64,000 nucleotides of DNA from Bdellovibrionota bacterium (GTDB taxonomy: Bacteria > Bdellovibrionota_G > JALEGL01 > DATDPG01), in the NCBI GenBank assembly GCA_963668355.1, contig OY764265.1, positions 1,856,001 through 1,920,000 of the forward strand. Direction: 5' to 3'. The notes below the pieces were generated by a model. It made no database searches. It was given only the letters and a program-made list of their open reading frames with translations, and was not told the DNA's origin. Every line of letters begins with the position of its first letter. Position 1 is the first letter of the stretch. Positions 50,081-60,577 of the stretch are shown one piece after another. Position numbers and translations under genes: made by a program.

Positions 50081-51642
50081 TTTGAAGCTGCTTCAAATTG
50101 GCAAAGGTCGTCTGTAGGATTGTGATCGCAAAATTGCTGTTTGAGACTCTGCACTTTTGTGATGTTTCCCTTACGGGTTTCGATATGAATGATCCACTTG
50201 GCGGCCCGATGCCCCCATTTAGGGTGCTGCAAGAGGGTGAGTGCGGTGCTCGTGCATTTCTTCCAATGTCTTTCTCGGCAAAGACTTTCCATTTTCATGG
50301 CTGAGAGCGTGGGCGGTAGCGACCAGTTGTTTTCAAATTGTTCGAAAGCTTGAATCGTTTCAGAATATTTCTCCCGTTCAAATAGAGATTGGATGTAGTT
50401 CATATGTGCGACGCGAAATTTGGGAGATTTCTGAACGGTGTCGTGAAAGAGTGCCAATTCGTCGGTCCAGAGTGTGTTTCGGTTTAGCGTCAGCCCGGCC
50501 AAAGCGAGTAGGATGCAAAGTGCGAATCCTCGCTTGAGCATGGGATGTGAAATGGCCTTTGAAAAATGAGAGATGAGGGGCGAAATGGCCAGGACTAGGC
50601 CAATGGAGGGTAAGTAAAGAAAACGTTCGGCAAACGAGATGCTGATGGGAATGATATTCGAAATGAGAGATAGAAAAACGAGGAACCAAAGACTCCCAAA
50701 AAGGAACGTGTTCCATGCATTTTGGCTCAAGGTATCTTGGCTTCGTTTTCGGAAAAGGATCCAACCCGCCCAAGAGAACAACATAACAAGGGGAATTTCG
50801 ACCCATTTCCAGCGAATGTCTCCGTAGAGAGCATTTTGACTGAAAGGGTAGAAAAACGCCCCGAAATAGGCGAGAAGCGTCTTGGGTGCCAAAAAGAAGA
50901 GGTTGCTCCAAACAGAGCCCGTTTCGTCGATTTGAGTGACACGCCCCAGAAGATGAGATCGCCAAAGAAGATAAGCCAAAGAGAAAAGGAATCCAGCTCC
51001 CATGATTCGGATGGAAATGTTCTTTTTCTTGGTCGCTTCAAGAGGACTCAGGAGAAAAAATCCCGCGCCATGAATCAAAAAAGCTCCCAAGCCAATTTCT
51101 TTGGAAAAGAGGGTCAAGACATAGAAGACGGAAAAGCATATCCATCGGGATTTAAGCATGGACAGGAATGCCCCTAAGAAAAAGAGGGCACACAGGAGAT
51201 CCCCTTGACTCGATACAAATGAAACCGCTTCTGTGTGAAAAGGATGGACACCCCAGATGAGACTCATTGTAAAGGCCAAGCTGGGAGGCATGAAATACCC
51301 CAAAATGGCACCCACCAAGAGGACAATCAGCAAGTGCAAAACAATGGAAACGTAGTGGTATCCGCTCCCAATGTTTCCAAAAAAATGATGTTGGATTGCA
51401 AATCCGAGAGTCCGAATTGGACGATAAATGGAGGTGTTATAACGCTCAATATGGGAAAGAGTCTCTGGCGTTGTGAAGAACGAAATGGGGTGGTCCAGGG
51501 TTGTTATGGAAGGATTGTTTGAAATGAAATTTTCATCATCCCAGAGGAGCGGGGCGTTTCGAACCGGAAAATACAAGATAAAAATCAGAGCCGTCGTGAG
51601 AAGAAGTTTAAGAACGTTCGGAGTCGGTGAAAATTTCTTCAT
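50077..51642 (-). CDS. TMTC-like GT-C protein with short TPR-like tail
   Basis: WDD, YRP, HPFHTEAV, SKE, AERFLYLPSIG, RNTLWTDELALF; start ATG 51642. Confidence 0.85.
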   Translation of the reverse strand: MKKFSPTPNVLKLLLTTALIFILYFPVRNAPLLWDDENFISNNPSITTLDHPISFFTTPETLSHIERYNTSIYRPIRTLGFAIQHHFFGNIGSGYHYVSIVLHLLIVLLVGAILGYFMPPSLAFTMSLIWGVHPFHTEAVSFVSSQGDLLCALFFLGAFLSMLKSRWICFSVFYVLTLFSKEIGLGAFLIHGAGFFLLSPLEATKKKNISIRIMGAGFLFSLAYLLWRSHLLGRVTQIDETGSVWSNLFFLAPKTLLAYFGAFFYPFSQNALYGDIRWKWVEIPLVMLFSWAGWILFRKRSQDTLSQNAWNTFLFGSLWFLVFLSLISNIIPISISFAERFLYLPSIGLVLAISPLISHFSKAISHPMLKRGFALCILLALAGLTLNRNTLWTDELALFHDTVQKSPKFRVAHMNYIQSLFEREKYSETIQAFEQFENNWSLPPTLSAMKMESLCRERHWKKCTSTALTLLQHPKWGHRAAKWIIHIETRKGNITKVQSLKQQFCDHNPTDDLCQFEAASK

Positions 51643-51643
51643 C

Positions 51644-53014
51644 TTATAGGCTGAGTCGAAAACGAATGAATGCAAAGACCGTCATTCTCAAAAGCAGAAA
51701 GCCATGTCGAAAACGACTGATGTTCGTATCCCCATAGGTTCGACTTTGGTATCGAATGGGGATCTCCATGATTTTGAATCCTTGAAGAGCGGCTCCAAAG
51801 ATCAGGTCAAAGTCCCCAAAGGGGTCAAAATCTCCAAAAAAATCACGATGGTTCCTGATTCGGTCGTAATCCCGTTTCCATAAGACTTTTGTTCCGCAGA
51901 GCGTGTCCTTGATAGGTTGCCTAAGAATCCAAGAAAACATGGAGCTGAAAAATTTATTTCCTAAGATGTTCAAGGTTCTCATGGCCTCGTCCTCCAAGGG
52001 GTACACCAACCTTGAGCCCATGATGAAATCCCCGACGCCTTCCGTTAAAGCCGTGTAAAACTTGGGAAGTTCTGAGGGACGGACCGTTAGGTCCGCATCC
52101 AGGATCATTAAAATATCATTCTCGGCCTCGTCAAAGCCAGTGCGCACCGCAGGTCCCTTCCCAGAGCCGCCACGTTGAGGGAAGAAACGGAGACTCAGGG
52201 GGCCGGAGTATTCATCCAAGACTCGTTGAATTTCCTCTCGGGTTCCATCCGAACTTCCCCCTTCCACAAAAATCACCTCTGTGGGGGCGTCGAATTCGGG
52301 CATTTCGCGAAGACATCGAGAAATATTTCCTTTTTCATTTCTACAAGGAACGATGATGGAGACACTCGGTCGTTGATTTTGTTTGGCTTGGATATTCCAT
52401 GAGGAAACCGGACGGATAAAAAACAATCGAAAAATGGCAAAATTTCGTATCAGTGGGAGTGTCAGAAGGATTCGGTTCACAAACCAGGAAAAAAACGGAA
52501 TGTAAAAAGGCAGTAATATCCGTTTTTCCACACTCACAACCTCAAAGCCGTTTAGGTGTAGGAGATTTTCAATGTCGAGGAAGGAAATCCAACTGGGTTT
52601 TTTGTTCTTGGTTTTCTTCCCGAAGGATTGAAAGAAACGAATGAGGGGTTGCCAAAAATAGCTCGTGTGAAGGATGCAAAAACGCGTACTTTGTTCAGCT
52701 TGATTTCTCAATCCACGCAAAAAAGCCCAAATATCATCCATATCCGTCAATATATTTCCAATGAGGACCGTTTTGTTTTCGAGAGAAAGCTGACTTGTCT
52801 GAAAATCGGGCGCAACAGAGAATTGAATTTTGGGGAAATGGGGCTCTTGTTGTTGGATTCGATCGGTTGAATTGTCTCGAACTTCTTTTACGTTATCTCC
52901 AAGAGCTTGAAGAATTTTGGTTTCAGCGCTGCCAACATAGAGAATGGGATGATCTTTCCACCGTTTTAAAACGGATTGAAGGAGGTCTTTCGTCGTACGT
53001 TTCGTCATCCACAT
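51644..53014 (-). CDS. GT2 glycosyltransferase (Dpm1-like) with N-terminal degenerate methyltransferase-like domain
   Basis: IIVPCRNEKGNI, GKG, ILDADL, DTLCGTK, DPFGDFDL. Confidence 0.88.
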   Translation of the reverse strand: MWMTKRTTKDLLQSVLKRWKDHPILYVGSAETKILQALGDNVKEVRDNSTDRIQQQEPHFPKIQFSVAPDFQTSQLSLENKTVLIGNILTDMDDIWAFLRGLRNQAEQSTRFCILHTSYFWQPLIRFFQSFGKKTKNKKPSWISFLDIENLLHLNGFEVVSVEKRILLPFYIPFFSWFVNRILLTLPLIRNFAIFRLFFIRPVSSWNIQAKQNQRPSVSIIVPCRNEKGNISRCLREMPEFDAPTEVIFVEGGSSDGTREEIQRVLDEYSGPLSLRFFPQRGGSGKGPAVRTGFDEAENDILMILDADLTVRPSELPKFYTALTEGVGDFIMGSRLVYPLEDEAMRTLNILGNKFFSSMFSWILRQPIKDTLCGTKVLWKRDYDRIRNHRDFFGDFDPFGDFDLIFGAALQGFKIMEIPIRYQSRTYGDTNISRFRHGFLLLRMTVFAFIRFRLSL

Positions 53015-53070
53015 AAAAGGATGGAAATTCTAGACGTTCATACGAGACAAGTCCATTTGGACAAAGATAT

Positions 53071-53116
53071 AAAAAATCCCCAGAAGGTCTCGAATTGCCA
53101 AACCTCCTGGGGATTT
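53071..53116 (-). terminator. Rho-independent terminator of the amtB operon
   Basis: Minus strand AAATCCCCAGGAGGT...ACCTTCTGGGGATTTTTT. Confidence 0.8.
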
Positions 53117-53138
53117 AGAGACTCATTTTTTTTGGAGG

Positions 53139-53954
53139 TTAGAAGTCTGTTCCTAGGTTGAGACCGCCCCAGAGAACCAACTCATCTTTGAAGTCCTGTC
53201 CTGGAATGTTTGTCCAAGCCACATTTAATCCGGGTTTGACATAAAACCCATTGTTAAGAGAAATGGGAAATCCGCTCATGAGAGCGAGATGATGGACATT
53301 TGCCGCGCCACTATTTCCTTCTTTGAACCACTTGAATCCGTATTCGAGGCCCAACTCAAGAGCCACTTTCGAAGTGAGTTCGAAGGCTTTTTCCATATGT
53401 GGGTGAATGTAGAGATAGCTAATATCAAAAATTCCGGGTTCATCTTGAAGTCCCAGAAAATAGGCAATATCCAAACCGAAATCGGCCAAACAAGAATAGC
53501 TCAGTCCGACCGTGGGTTCGATATAGCTCGCCCAAGAGGAGCCTACGCCGCTATTGGTAGACCACGGATAGAAATAGTAAATGGCTCCCAAACTTAGCCC
53601 AATGTCGTTGTGCAAGGTTAGGTCGTACGTCACAAAAAGATTTTGTTCCGCAGCGAGGGCCCCATTTAAATTGGCACTGACATTATCCCCAGAAATTTGA
53701 AATCCACCCCAATATCCAAGTGTGAAGTTCGTATCTGGAATTTCCCAGGTGATGCCGGGAGCCAGCATCATGTTTTGATCCATTTGGCTGGTTTCTTGAA
53801 ATACGTTGATTCCTCGGAAGACGTAGACGGTTGAGAAACCAAGATCAAAGTTGACACCTTGGGCTTCAGATTCTTGAGCATTTGCTCCAAAGGGAATTGC
53901 GATGGCCAAAGCCAGCAGCAAACCTAGAATATGTTTTTCAGAATTTTTCTTCAT
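53139..53954 (-). CDS. Outer-membrane protein, TorF/Gcw_chp-like putative porin
   Basis: Signal peptide, YVFRG near the N-terminus, C-terminal F; follows amtB. Confidence 0.7.
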   Translation of the reverse strand: MKKNSEKHILGLLLALAIAIPFGANAQESEAQGVNFDLGFSTVYVFRGINVFQETSQMDQNMMLAPGITWEIPDTNFTLGYWGGFQISGDNVSANLNGALAAEQNLFVTYDLTLHNDIGLSLGAIYYFYPWSTNSGVGSSWASYIEPTVGLSYSCLADFGLDIAYFLGLQDEPGIFDISYLYIHPHMEKAFELTSKVALELGLEYGFKWFKEGNSGAANVHHLALMSGFPISLNNGFYVKPGLNVAWTNIPGQDFKDELVLWGGLNLGTDF

Positions 53955-53987
53955 TTTTTTCTCCTAAAACGTGTTTTCAATTCCTGG

Positions 53988-55199
53988 TTACATGTCGTAA
54001 GCCGCTTCTCCATGAAGGGATCGATCTAGGTCGTCTTCTTCAACTTCGGAAACGCGGACGGTGGTGAATTTGTTGATCACCCAAAGCATGACCCAGGTGA
54101 AAAGGAAGGCGTAGAGTGAGATGGTTAACACCGCAACGGTTTGTTTCATGACCAGGGCGGGTCCTCCTCCATTCAGGAGTCCTGAAACGCCGCCAACCGA
54201 TTCATGGGCAAAAATTCCCAACATGATCGTGCCAATGATTCCGCCGACGCCATGAACGGCCCAGACGTCTAGGGCATCATCCCAGCCCATCTTGTTTTTG
54301 ATGTAAACGGCCAGGTAGCAAACGATTCCAGCCACGGAGCCAATGACGGCAGAGGATCCGACGGTGACAAATCCTGCCCCCGGAGTGATTGTTGCGAGTC
54401 CCGCGACTGCACCGGTTAAAAGTCCCACGAAAGTGGGCTTTCGTCCCATCACCCAAGTTAAAGTCAACCAAACAATGGCGGCGAAGGAAGCAGAAACATC
54501 GGTGTTAATGAATGCCTGTGCGGTCACCGCATCTACCCGGAGCTCACTGCCGGCATTGAACCCATACCAACCGAACCAGAGTAAACCGGTTCCCAGAGCC
54601 ACGAGAGGAATGCTGTGAACGGTGTCCGTGACTCTGCGTTTTCCAACAAAGAACACGGAAGCCAGAGCGGCCATTCCGGCGCTGGCGTGAACGACGATTC
54701 CTCCGGCGAAATCTTTGACTCCCCACTCAGCCAGGAGACCACCGCCCCAAACCATATGGACCAGTGGAAAATAGACGAAAACGAGCCACAAGACCAAAAA
54801 GATCAAATAGGGGAAGAACCGAATTCGATTGGTGAACGCGCCAGTGATGAGAGCCGGCGTGATGATGGCAAACATCATTTGATACGCAATGAAAACAAGT
54901 AAGGGAATTTGACCCGAACCTTCCGCTCCGAACGTAGAGTTGAGGTCTACGCCACTGAGAAACGCCATGTCCAAATTTCCGATGATGCCACCAATATCTC
55001 CGCTAAAGCACAGTGAATATCCGATGGAGAACCAAAGAATGGTGGTGATGCCCATGGATACAAAACTTTGCATCATGATGGCGAGGACATTTTTTCGTCC
55101 CACCAAACCACCATAGAAAAAAGCCAACCCAGGGGTCATGAGCATAACCAAGCTGGTGGCTAAAAGCATAAATCCAGTATTTCCAGTGTCAAAAGCCAT
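53988..55199 (-). CDS. amtB: Ammonium transporter
   Basis: MTPGLAFFYGG, DFAGGIVVH, LWFGWYGFNAGS, DDALDVWAVHG (both pore His present). Confidence 0.98.
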   Translation of the reverse strand: MAFDTGNTGFMLLATSLVMLMTPGLAFFYGGLVGRKNVLAIMMQSFVSMGITTILWFSIGYSLCFSGDIGGIIGNLDMAFLSGVDLNSTFGAEGSGQIPLLVFIAYQMMFAIITPALITGAFTNRIRFFPYLIFLVLWLVFVYFPLVHMVWGGGLLAEWGVKDFAGGIVVHASAGMAALASVFFVGKRRVTDTVHSIPLVALGTGLLWFGWYGFNAGSELRVDAVTAQAFINTDVSASFAAIVWLTLTWVMGRKPTFVGLLTGAVAGLATITPGAGFVTVGSSAVIGSVAGIVCYLAVYIKNKMGWDDALDVWAVHGVGGIIGTIMLGIFAHESVGGVSGLLNGGGPALVMKQTVAVLTISLYAFLFTWVMLWVINKFTTVRVSEVEEDDLDRSLHGEAAYDM

Positions 55200-55371
55200 T
55201 TAATTCTCCCTTTTTTGTTTCTTGGCCAAGCCAAGATGCTATTTTTTCTGCACATTGCGCATATTCCATTTCAGAGCGCTTGACGTTAGGAGTTGGATAA
55301 TTCTTTGATATTTTTTGGATAGGAAGGATAGAAAGCCTCTCGAAATCCTATATAAGGAGGGGGTGGAACGG

Positions 55372-56082
55372 GTGGATTCAGTTTCTGCGGCAGATGGCCA
55401 CAAAGTGATTGTGTTGATTGAAGATGAAGTCAATCTGCTCAATAGCCTTGCCTTCATTCTTGAAAACCAAGGTTTTTCAGTCTTGCGGGCGCAGACGGGT
55501 GAAGAAGGAGTTCAGCTGATCCTTTCTAGAAATCCGGCCCTGACACTGGTGGACATTAATCTGCCAGGGATGGATGGCTTTGAAGTTGCGACGCGCGTTT
55601 CGGATTTGAGAGAGAGAATTGGAATGAAGGTCGTTTTTTTGACTGCGAGTGACGACGAAGACGATATGGTTCGGGCTTTTGAAGGCTTGGCGGATGACTA
55701 TGTTGTCAAACCGGTTCGCCCAAGAGTTCTTGTGGCGCGTTTGAATGCGCTTCTTTCTAGCCCTCGAATGTTTTCTGAAGAAAAGGATATATCGTTTGGG
55801 CCATTGGTGATGTCTCCCACCTCCTTCGAGGCAAGTCTTAATGGACAAAATCTAGACCTTACACCCACAGAATTTCGAATTCTTTGGCTGCTTGTGAATC
55901 ACCCTGGAAAAGTTTTGAGCCGATCACAAATCATTGATGAGGTGCATGGAAAAGATTGTTTTTTAACGGAGAAGTCGATTGATTTTCAGATTCATGGTCT
56001 TCGGAGAAAAATGGGAGAACATTCCTGCATGTTAATGACGGTACGTGGGGTCGGATTTAAATTGAGTCCAGTGGATGGGTAA
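55372..56082 (+). CDS. OmpR/PhoB-family response regulator
   Basis: IEDE, DINLPGMDG, ADDYVVKP, LTPTEF, TVRGVGF; start uncertain (55363 or 55372). Confidence 0.93.
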   Translation: MDSVSAADGHKVIVLIEDEVNLLNSLAFILENQGFSVLRAQTGEEGVQLILSRNPALTLVDINLPGMDGFEVATRVSDLRERIGMKVVFLTASDDEDDMVRAFEGLADDYVVKPVRPRVLVARLNALLSSPRMFSEEKDISFGPLVMSPTSFEASLNGQNLDLTPTEFRILWLLVNHPGKVLSRSQIIDEVHGKDCFLTEKSIDFQIHGLRRKMGEHSCMLMTVRGVGFKLSPVDG

Positions 56083-56088
56083 GAGGAG

Positions 56089-58485
56089 ATGCCTCTACGC
56101 GATGTCCCCATTCGTTTTCTTTTAATTGCGGGATTTCTGTTTTCCGGCCTTCTTCCTTTGATGGCTGTGGCCTTGCTGAGTTTTTCCATCGCACGAGAGG
56201 AACTCACCCATCAGGCCTCCCGTCAGCTGGAGTCTGTACGGGATATCAAGAAAGCTCAGCTTGAGAGTTTCTTTGATGAGCGTGTACGTCAGATCAATAT
56301 TCTAGCTTCCAATCCATACGTTAAAAAAGCTTTCAACGATTTTAAGGATTTGCTGGATTCAGAAACTCAGATTCGACGGCGAGGTCTCGTTGGAGAGGGA
56401 AATTTTCAGTTTAAAGCGCCTACGGCCTATTTAGAATTGCATGACCGATACTATGAATTCTTTCGAAAATTCCAGCGGGAGCTATTTTATTACGACCTTT
56501 TCTTAATGAGTCCCTCCGATGGTTTTACCTACTTCACGGTAAAAAAGGAGGCGGACTTCGGAAGGCCAATCTCCCCTATTGAATCATCTCTGAAGGATGT
56601 CTGGAAGATTGCGGTTTCGCAGTCTCGGGTTTCGTTGTCCGATACACGTCCCTATGCCCCTTCAGGAAATGTGCCGGCCCAGTTTGTTGCCGCACCTGTC
56701 ATGAGTGAGGGAAGGGTCATTGGTGTGGTTGCGGCCCAACTTTCTTTGAGTTCCATCACCGACTTTATCGAAACCCGCCCCGGAATGGGAAAGACAGGGG
56801 AAACCTATCTGGTGGGGCCGGATTTTCGAATGAGGTCCGATTCGTATCGAGATCCAGAGAATCATTCCGTCATGGCTTCTTTCTTGGGAAATGTTGAAGA
56901 AAACGGTGTGGACACGTTAGCCATTCGGAATGCATTAAAAGGAAGAGCAGGGACTCGAAATCTTTTGAATTACAAAGGGAAAAAAGTTCTCTCGGCGTAC
57001 GCCCCCGTAACGTTTCAAGGGTTGAGTTGGGTGATCGTCGCAGAGATGGGCGAGGAAGAAATCAATGAAGCCATTGCCGAAGCTCTAAATGATCGCATTA
57101 CGATCACCATTCTCATTTCATTGGCTATGCTTTTGGTCTTGGCCTTTGGGATTTCCATTTTCATTAGCAAAGGGGTTGCGCGGGTCAAGACTGAGTTGAA
57201 TCTTTTGATCGAGGGGGTTCTCGCCGGCCAAAATGAACGAAGGGGTGATCCTGTACAAGTGGCCTATGATTTTCGAGGTGTGATGGAGCATGTCAACGCG
57301 TTGATTGATGCCTATCAAAGCAAAACCAATGAGAGTCGAAAATTAGAAGGAATCATCGCTTATAACGAACGCATGGAGTCCATTGGAACCCTGGCAGGTG
57401 GCATTGCTCATGATTTTAACAATATCTTGGCGTACATGTTGACGTACGGGGACTTGGTTTTGGAGGATTTGGAAAAAGACTCTAAGGCCCATGAGAGAAT
57501 GCTGGAAATTCTCAAAGGGATCGATCGGGCAGGGGAACTTGTTGCCCAAATCATGACATTTGGAAGGCAGTTAAAACGGGAAAAACGACCGGTTGAAATG
57601 TCTCTCATTGTGAAAGAGGCAGCAAAACTTCTCAAAGCAACGATCCCTAAGAATATCAAGGTGATGACCCAAGTTACTCCGGGGCGTGGAAAGGTGATGG
57701 CGGACCCTCCACAGCTTCACCGAATTGTCATGAATTTGTGTACCAATGCCTTTCAATCGATGCTTGATGGCGGGGGAGAGATGAAGTTGTCCTTGGAAGA
57801 AGTTTCTCTAAAGGATGGCGAAGTAGAAGGGTTGTCTTCGGGAATCTATGCGTTGTTTTCAGTTTCGGACACGGGGTGTGGAATTGAACCCGAAATTCTA
57901 GACCGAATCTTCGAACCGTTCTTTACGACCAAGCCGGTGGGGCAGGGGAATGGTATGGGGTTGGCCGTAGTGCATGGGATTGTTGAGTCTTATTCGGGAA
58001 GCATCGTTTTTGAGAGCGTGCCAAATATTGGGACAAATGCCCGTGTCTATCTCCCCATACACGATGAGGCCATTTGTCCGGAAGAAGGCCCCGTTCGTGC
58101 GAAGATTGTTCGTGGTAGTGGGCGAATTCTTTTTGTGGATGATGAAGAGCCCATATGCCAATCCACGGCATTGATGATTGAATCCTTGGGGTATGTTGTA
58201 GATGCAGAGACAGATCCGGAGAAGGCCCTTGAGCGCTTTTCGGAAGATCCCCAACGTTTTGTGGCGTTGGTTACGGATATCAACATGCCAAATATTAATG
58301 GAGTGGAACTGACTCACCGAATGCGCTCCATCCGTCCAGACCTCCCGGTTATGTTGATCACAGGATACAACGATTTGATGACTCCAACGTCTGCTTCGAA
58401 ACTCAAAGCGGAAGTCTTGTTGAAACCTTTTAAAAAGAGTGAATTCTCACAAGTTTTGTCCCGCCTCATTCAGCGCTCTTTATAA
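56089..58485 (+). CDS. Hybrid sensor kinase with MCP-type double-Cache sensor, HAMP, HisKA, HATPase, REC
   Basis: [43 protein letters not shown]...DINMP. Confidence 0.92.
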   Translation: MPLRDVPIRFLLIAGFLFSGLLPLMAVALLSFSIAREELTHQASRQLESVRDIKKAQLESFFDERVRQINILASNPYVKKAFNDFKDLLDSETQIRRRGLVGEGNFQFKAPTAYLELHDRYYEFFRKFQRELFYYDLFLMSPSDGFTYFTVKKEADFGRPISPIESSLKDVWKIAVSQSRVSLSDTRPYAPSGNVPAQFVAAPVMSEGRVIGVVAAQLSLSSITDFIETRPGMGKTGETYLVGPDFRMRSDSYRDPENHSVMASFLGNVEENGVDTLAIRNALKGRAGTRNLLNYKGKKVLSAYAPVTFQGLSWVIVAEMGEEEINEAIAEALNDRITITILISLAMLLVLAFGISIFISKGVARVKTELNLLIEGVLAGQNERRGDPVQVAYDFRGVMEHVNALIDAYQSKTNESRKLEGIIAYNERMESIGTLAGGIAHDFNNILAYMLTYGDLVLEDLEKDSKAHERMLEILKGIDRAGELVAQIMTFGRQLKREKRPVEMSLIVKEAAKLLKATIPKNIKVMTQVTPGRGKVMADPPQLHRIVMNLCTNAFQSMLDGGGEMKLSLEEVSLKDGEVEGLSSGIYALFSVSDTGCGIEPEILDRIFEPFFTTKPVGQGNGMGLAVVHGIVESYSGSIVFESVPNIGTNARVYLPIHDEAICPEEGPVRAKIVRGSGRILFVDDEEPICQSTALMIESLGYVVDAETDPEKALERFSEDPQRFVALVTDINMPNINGVELTHRMRSIRPDLPVMLITGYNDLMTPTSASKLKAEVLLKPFKKSEFSQVLSRLIQRSL

Positions 58486-58606
58486 ATTGTTAAGATTTGA
58501 TCAAATCTATGGAGGTCATCGGCGTATGTTCTAGTCGCATTGGCTCAAACACGTTATAGATGATCTGAGTCTCAACTGACAAAACTTTATCGTCTTAGGA
58601 GAGATC

Positions 58607-59602
58607 ATGAAAAAGACCTTCTCGATTTTCTTTTTGTTTCTCGTGTTTGCTCTCGGAATTTCCTTCAATGCTTTTTCTGAGAATCGGCTGTCTGGAATGG
58701 TTAAGGTAGATGGTTCAAGCACCGTATTTCCCATCACGGAAGCCATGGCAGAGGAGTTTCAGCGAGAGCATCGTCGTGTTCGTGTGACCGTTGGTTTGTC
58801 TGGAACCGGCGGAGGAATGAAAAAATTCGTTGTGGGAGACATTGATATTTCAGGCGCTTCTCGGCCCATCAAAAAATCCGAACGAGAAAAGGCCAAAAAA
58901 AATGGAGTGTCCTTCGTGGAACTTCCCGTTGCCTACGATGGCATTGCGGTGGTGATCAATCCGAAGAATACTTTTGCGAGTCAAATGACGGTTGAGGAGT
59001 TGAAGAGAATCTGGGAGCCGGGAAGTCAGGTGAAGAAATGGAGTGACCTTAGAAAGGCATGGCCGAAAAAGAACATTCATCTGTACGGTCCAGGGGCGGA
59101 TTCCGGAACGTTTGAATATTTCACGAAGGCGATTGTGGGAAAGGCGAGAGCCACTCGAAGAGACTTTACCGCGAGTGAAGATGACAATGTTCTTGTTCAA
59201 GGCGTAGCGGGAGATGAATATGCCCTCGGCTATTTTGGCTTCGCGTATTGGGTTGAGAATCAAAAAGCCTTAAAACGAGTGGCCATCGATCCGGGGACGG
59301 GGCCGATTTTGCCTTCAAAGGAAAGCATTGAGGATGGTTCGTATCGTCCTCTTTCCAGACCTATTTTCATTTATGTGAATCATCAATCCATCCAGAGACC
59401 CGAAGTGGATGCGTTTGTTCGGTTTTATCTGAACAATGCCAGGGCTCTGGTTCCCGAAGTTGGTTACGTTCCCTTTGAAAGTCAGATCTATTTGGCTTCT
59501 CTCAATCGATTTCAAAAACGAATCCTTGGGACGGTGTTCGGTTCAGATCTGGCCAAGAAAAAAACCTCCATGAAGGATTTACTGAGCCTGAAGGGGAAAT
59601 AA
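58607..59602 (+). CDS. pstS: Phosphate ABC transporter substrate-binding protein
   Basis: DGSSTVFP, GTGGG, ASR, DSGTFEYF, SRP. Confidence 0.97.
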   Translation: MKKTFSIFFLFLVFALGISFNAFSENRLSGMVKVDGSSTVFPITEAMAEEFQREHRRVRVTVGLSGTGGGMKKFVVGDIDISGASRPIKKSEREKAKKNGVSFVELPVAYDGIAVVINPKNTFASQMTVEELKRIWEPGSQVKKWSDLRKAWPKKNIHLYGPGADSGTFEYFTKAIVGKARATRRDFTASEDDNVLVQGVAGDEYALGYFGFAYWVENQKALKRVAIDPGTGPILPSKESIEDGSYRPLSRPIFIYVNHQSIQRPEVDAFVRFYLNNARALVPEVGYVPFESQIYLASLNRFQKRILGTVFGSDLAKKKTSMKDLLSLKGK

Positions 59603-59698
59603 AGAAAGCCAGAAAAGGTCTGTGAGAGCGCATTAAAGCCCTTTAAACGATCTTTACATTTGGGGTCCAGACTGCCTCTCGTGTGGGGGTCGGTAAAG

Positions 59699-60577
59699 AT
59701 GAAGCATCTTACGGAGCCAATGATTCATGGGCTCCTCTTCCTGTGTGCTTTGGTTTCGGTTCTAACGACGGCTGGGATCATCTGGATACTATTGAGCGAA
59801 AGCGTTTCTTTTTTTCAGCACATTTCGATTTTTGAGTTTTTCGGAAAAACCAAATGGTACCCATTGTTTGAGCCTCGCGTCTTTGGGGTTCTTCCCCTGA
59901 TCGGAGGCACGCTCCTTGTGGCCGTGGGGGCAGGGGTGATTGCCCTTCCTCTCGGAACCGCAACCGCAATATTTTTGAGCGAATATGCCTCCGGAAGAGT
60001 TCGAAGTCTGTTGAAACCTACGTTGGAAATCCTCGCAGGGATTCCTACGGTGGTTTATGGATACTTTGCTCTCACATGTGTCACCCCTGTTTTGAAAACC
60101 CTATTCCCCTCTACGGAAGTCTTTAATGCAGCTTCTGCTTCGATCGTCGTGGGCATCATGGTTCTACCGATGGTGGCTTCACTTTCGGATGACGCGCTTC
60201 GTTCGGTTCCCAAAGCACTGCGATATGGGGGCTATGCGCTTGGGGCCACAAAATTCGATGTTTCCTCACGTGTGGTTCTTCCTGCGGCACTTTCCGGGGT
60301 GGTGGCATCTTTTGTGTTGGCCATTTCCAGAGCCATTGGTGAGACCATGGCTGTGACCTTGGCGGCAGGAGCAACGCCTCAATTAACCTTAAACCCGTTA
60401 AAGAGCATTCAGACGATGACGGCGTATATTGTCCAGGTCAGTTTGGGAGATACTCCAGCGGGAACGGTGGAATATCAAACCATTTTTGCTGTGGGCCTGA
60501 CACTTTTTTGCATCACCTTTTTGATGAATATCTTGGCTCAAAAATTTTTGACGAAGTTTAGGCAGAGATACGAATGA
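59699..60577 (+). CDS. pstC: Phosphate ABC transporter permease
   Basis: [20 protein letters not shown]; start ATG 59699. Confidence 0.97.
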   Translation: MKHLTEPMIHGLLFLCALVSVLTTAGIIWILLSESVSFFQHISIFEFFGKTKWYPLFEPRVFGVLPLIGGTLLVAVGAGVIALPLGTATAIFLSEYASGRVRSLLKPTLEILAGIPTVVYGYFALTCVTPVLKTLFPSTEVFNAASASIVVGIMVLPMVASLSDDALRSVPKALRYGGYALGATKFDVSSRVVLPAALSGVVASFVLAISRAIGETMAVTLAAGATPQLTLNPLKSIQTMTAYIVQVSLGDTPAGTVEYQTIFAVGLTLFCITFLMNILAQKFLTKFRQRYE

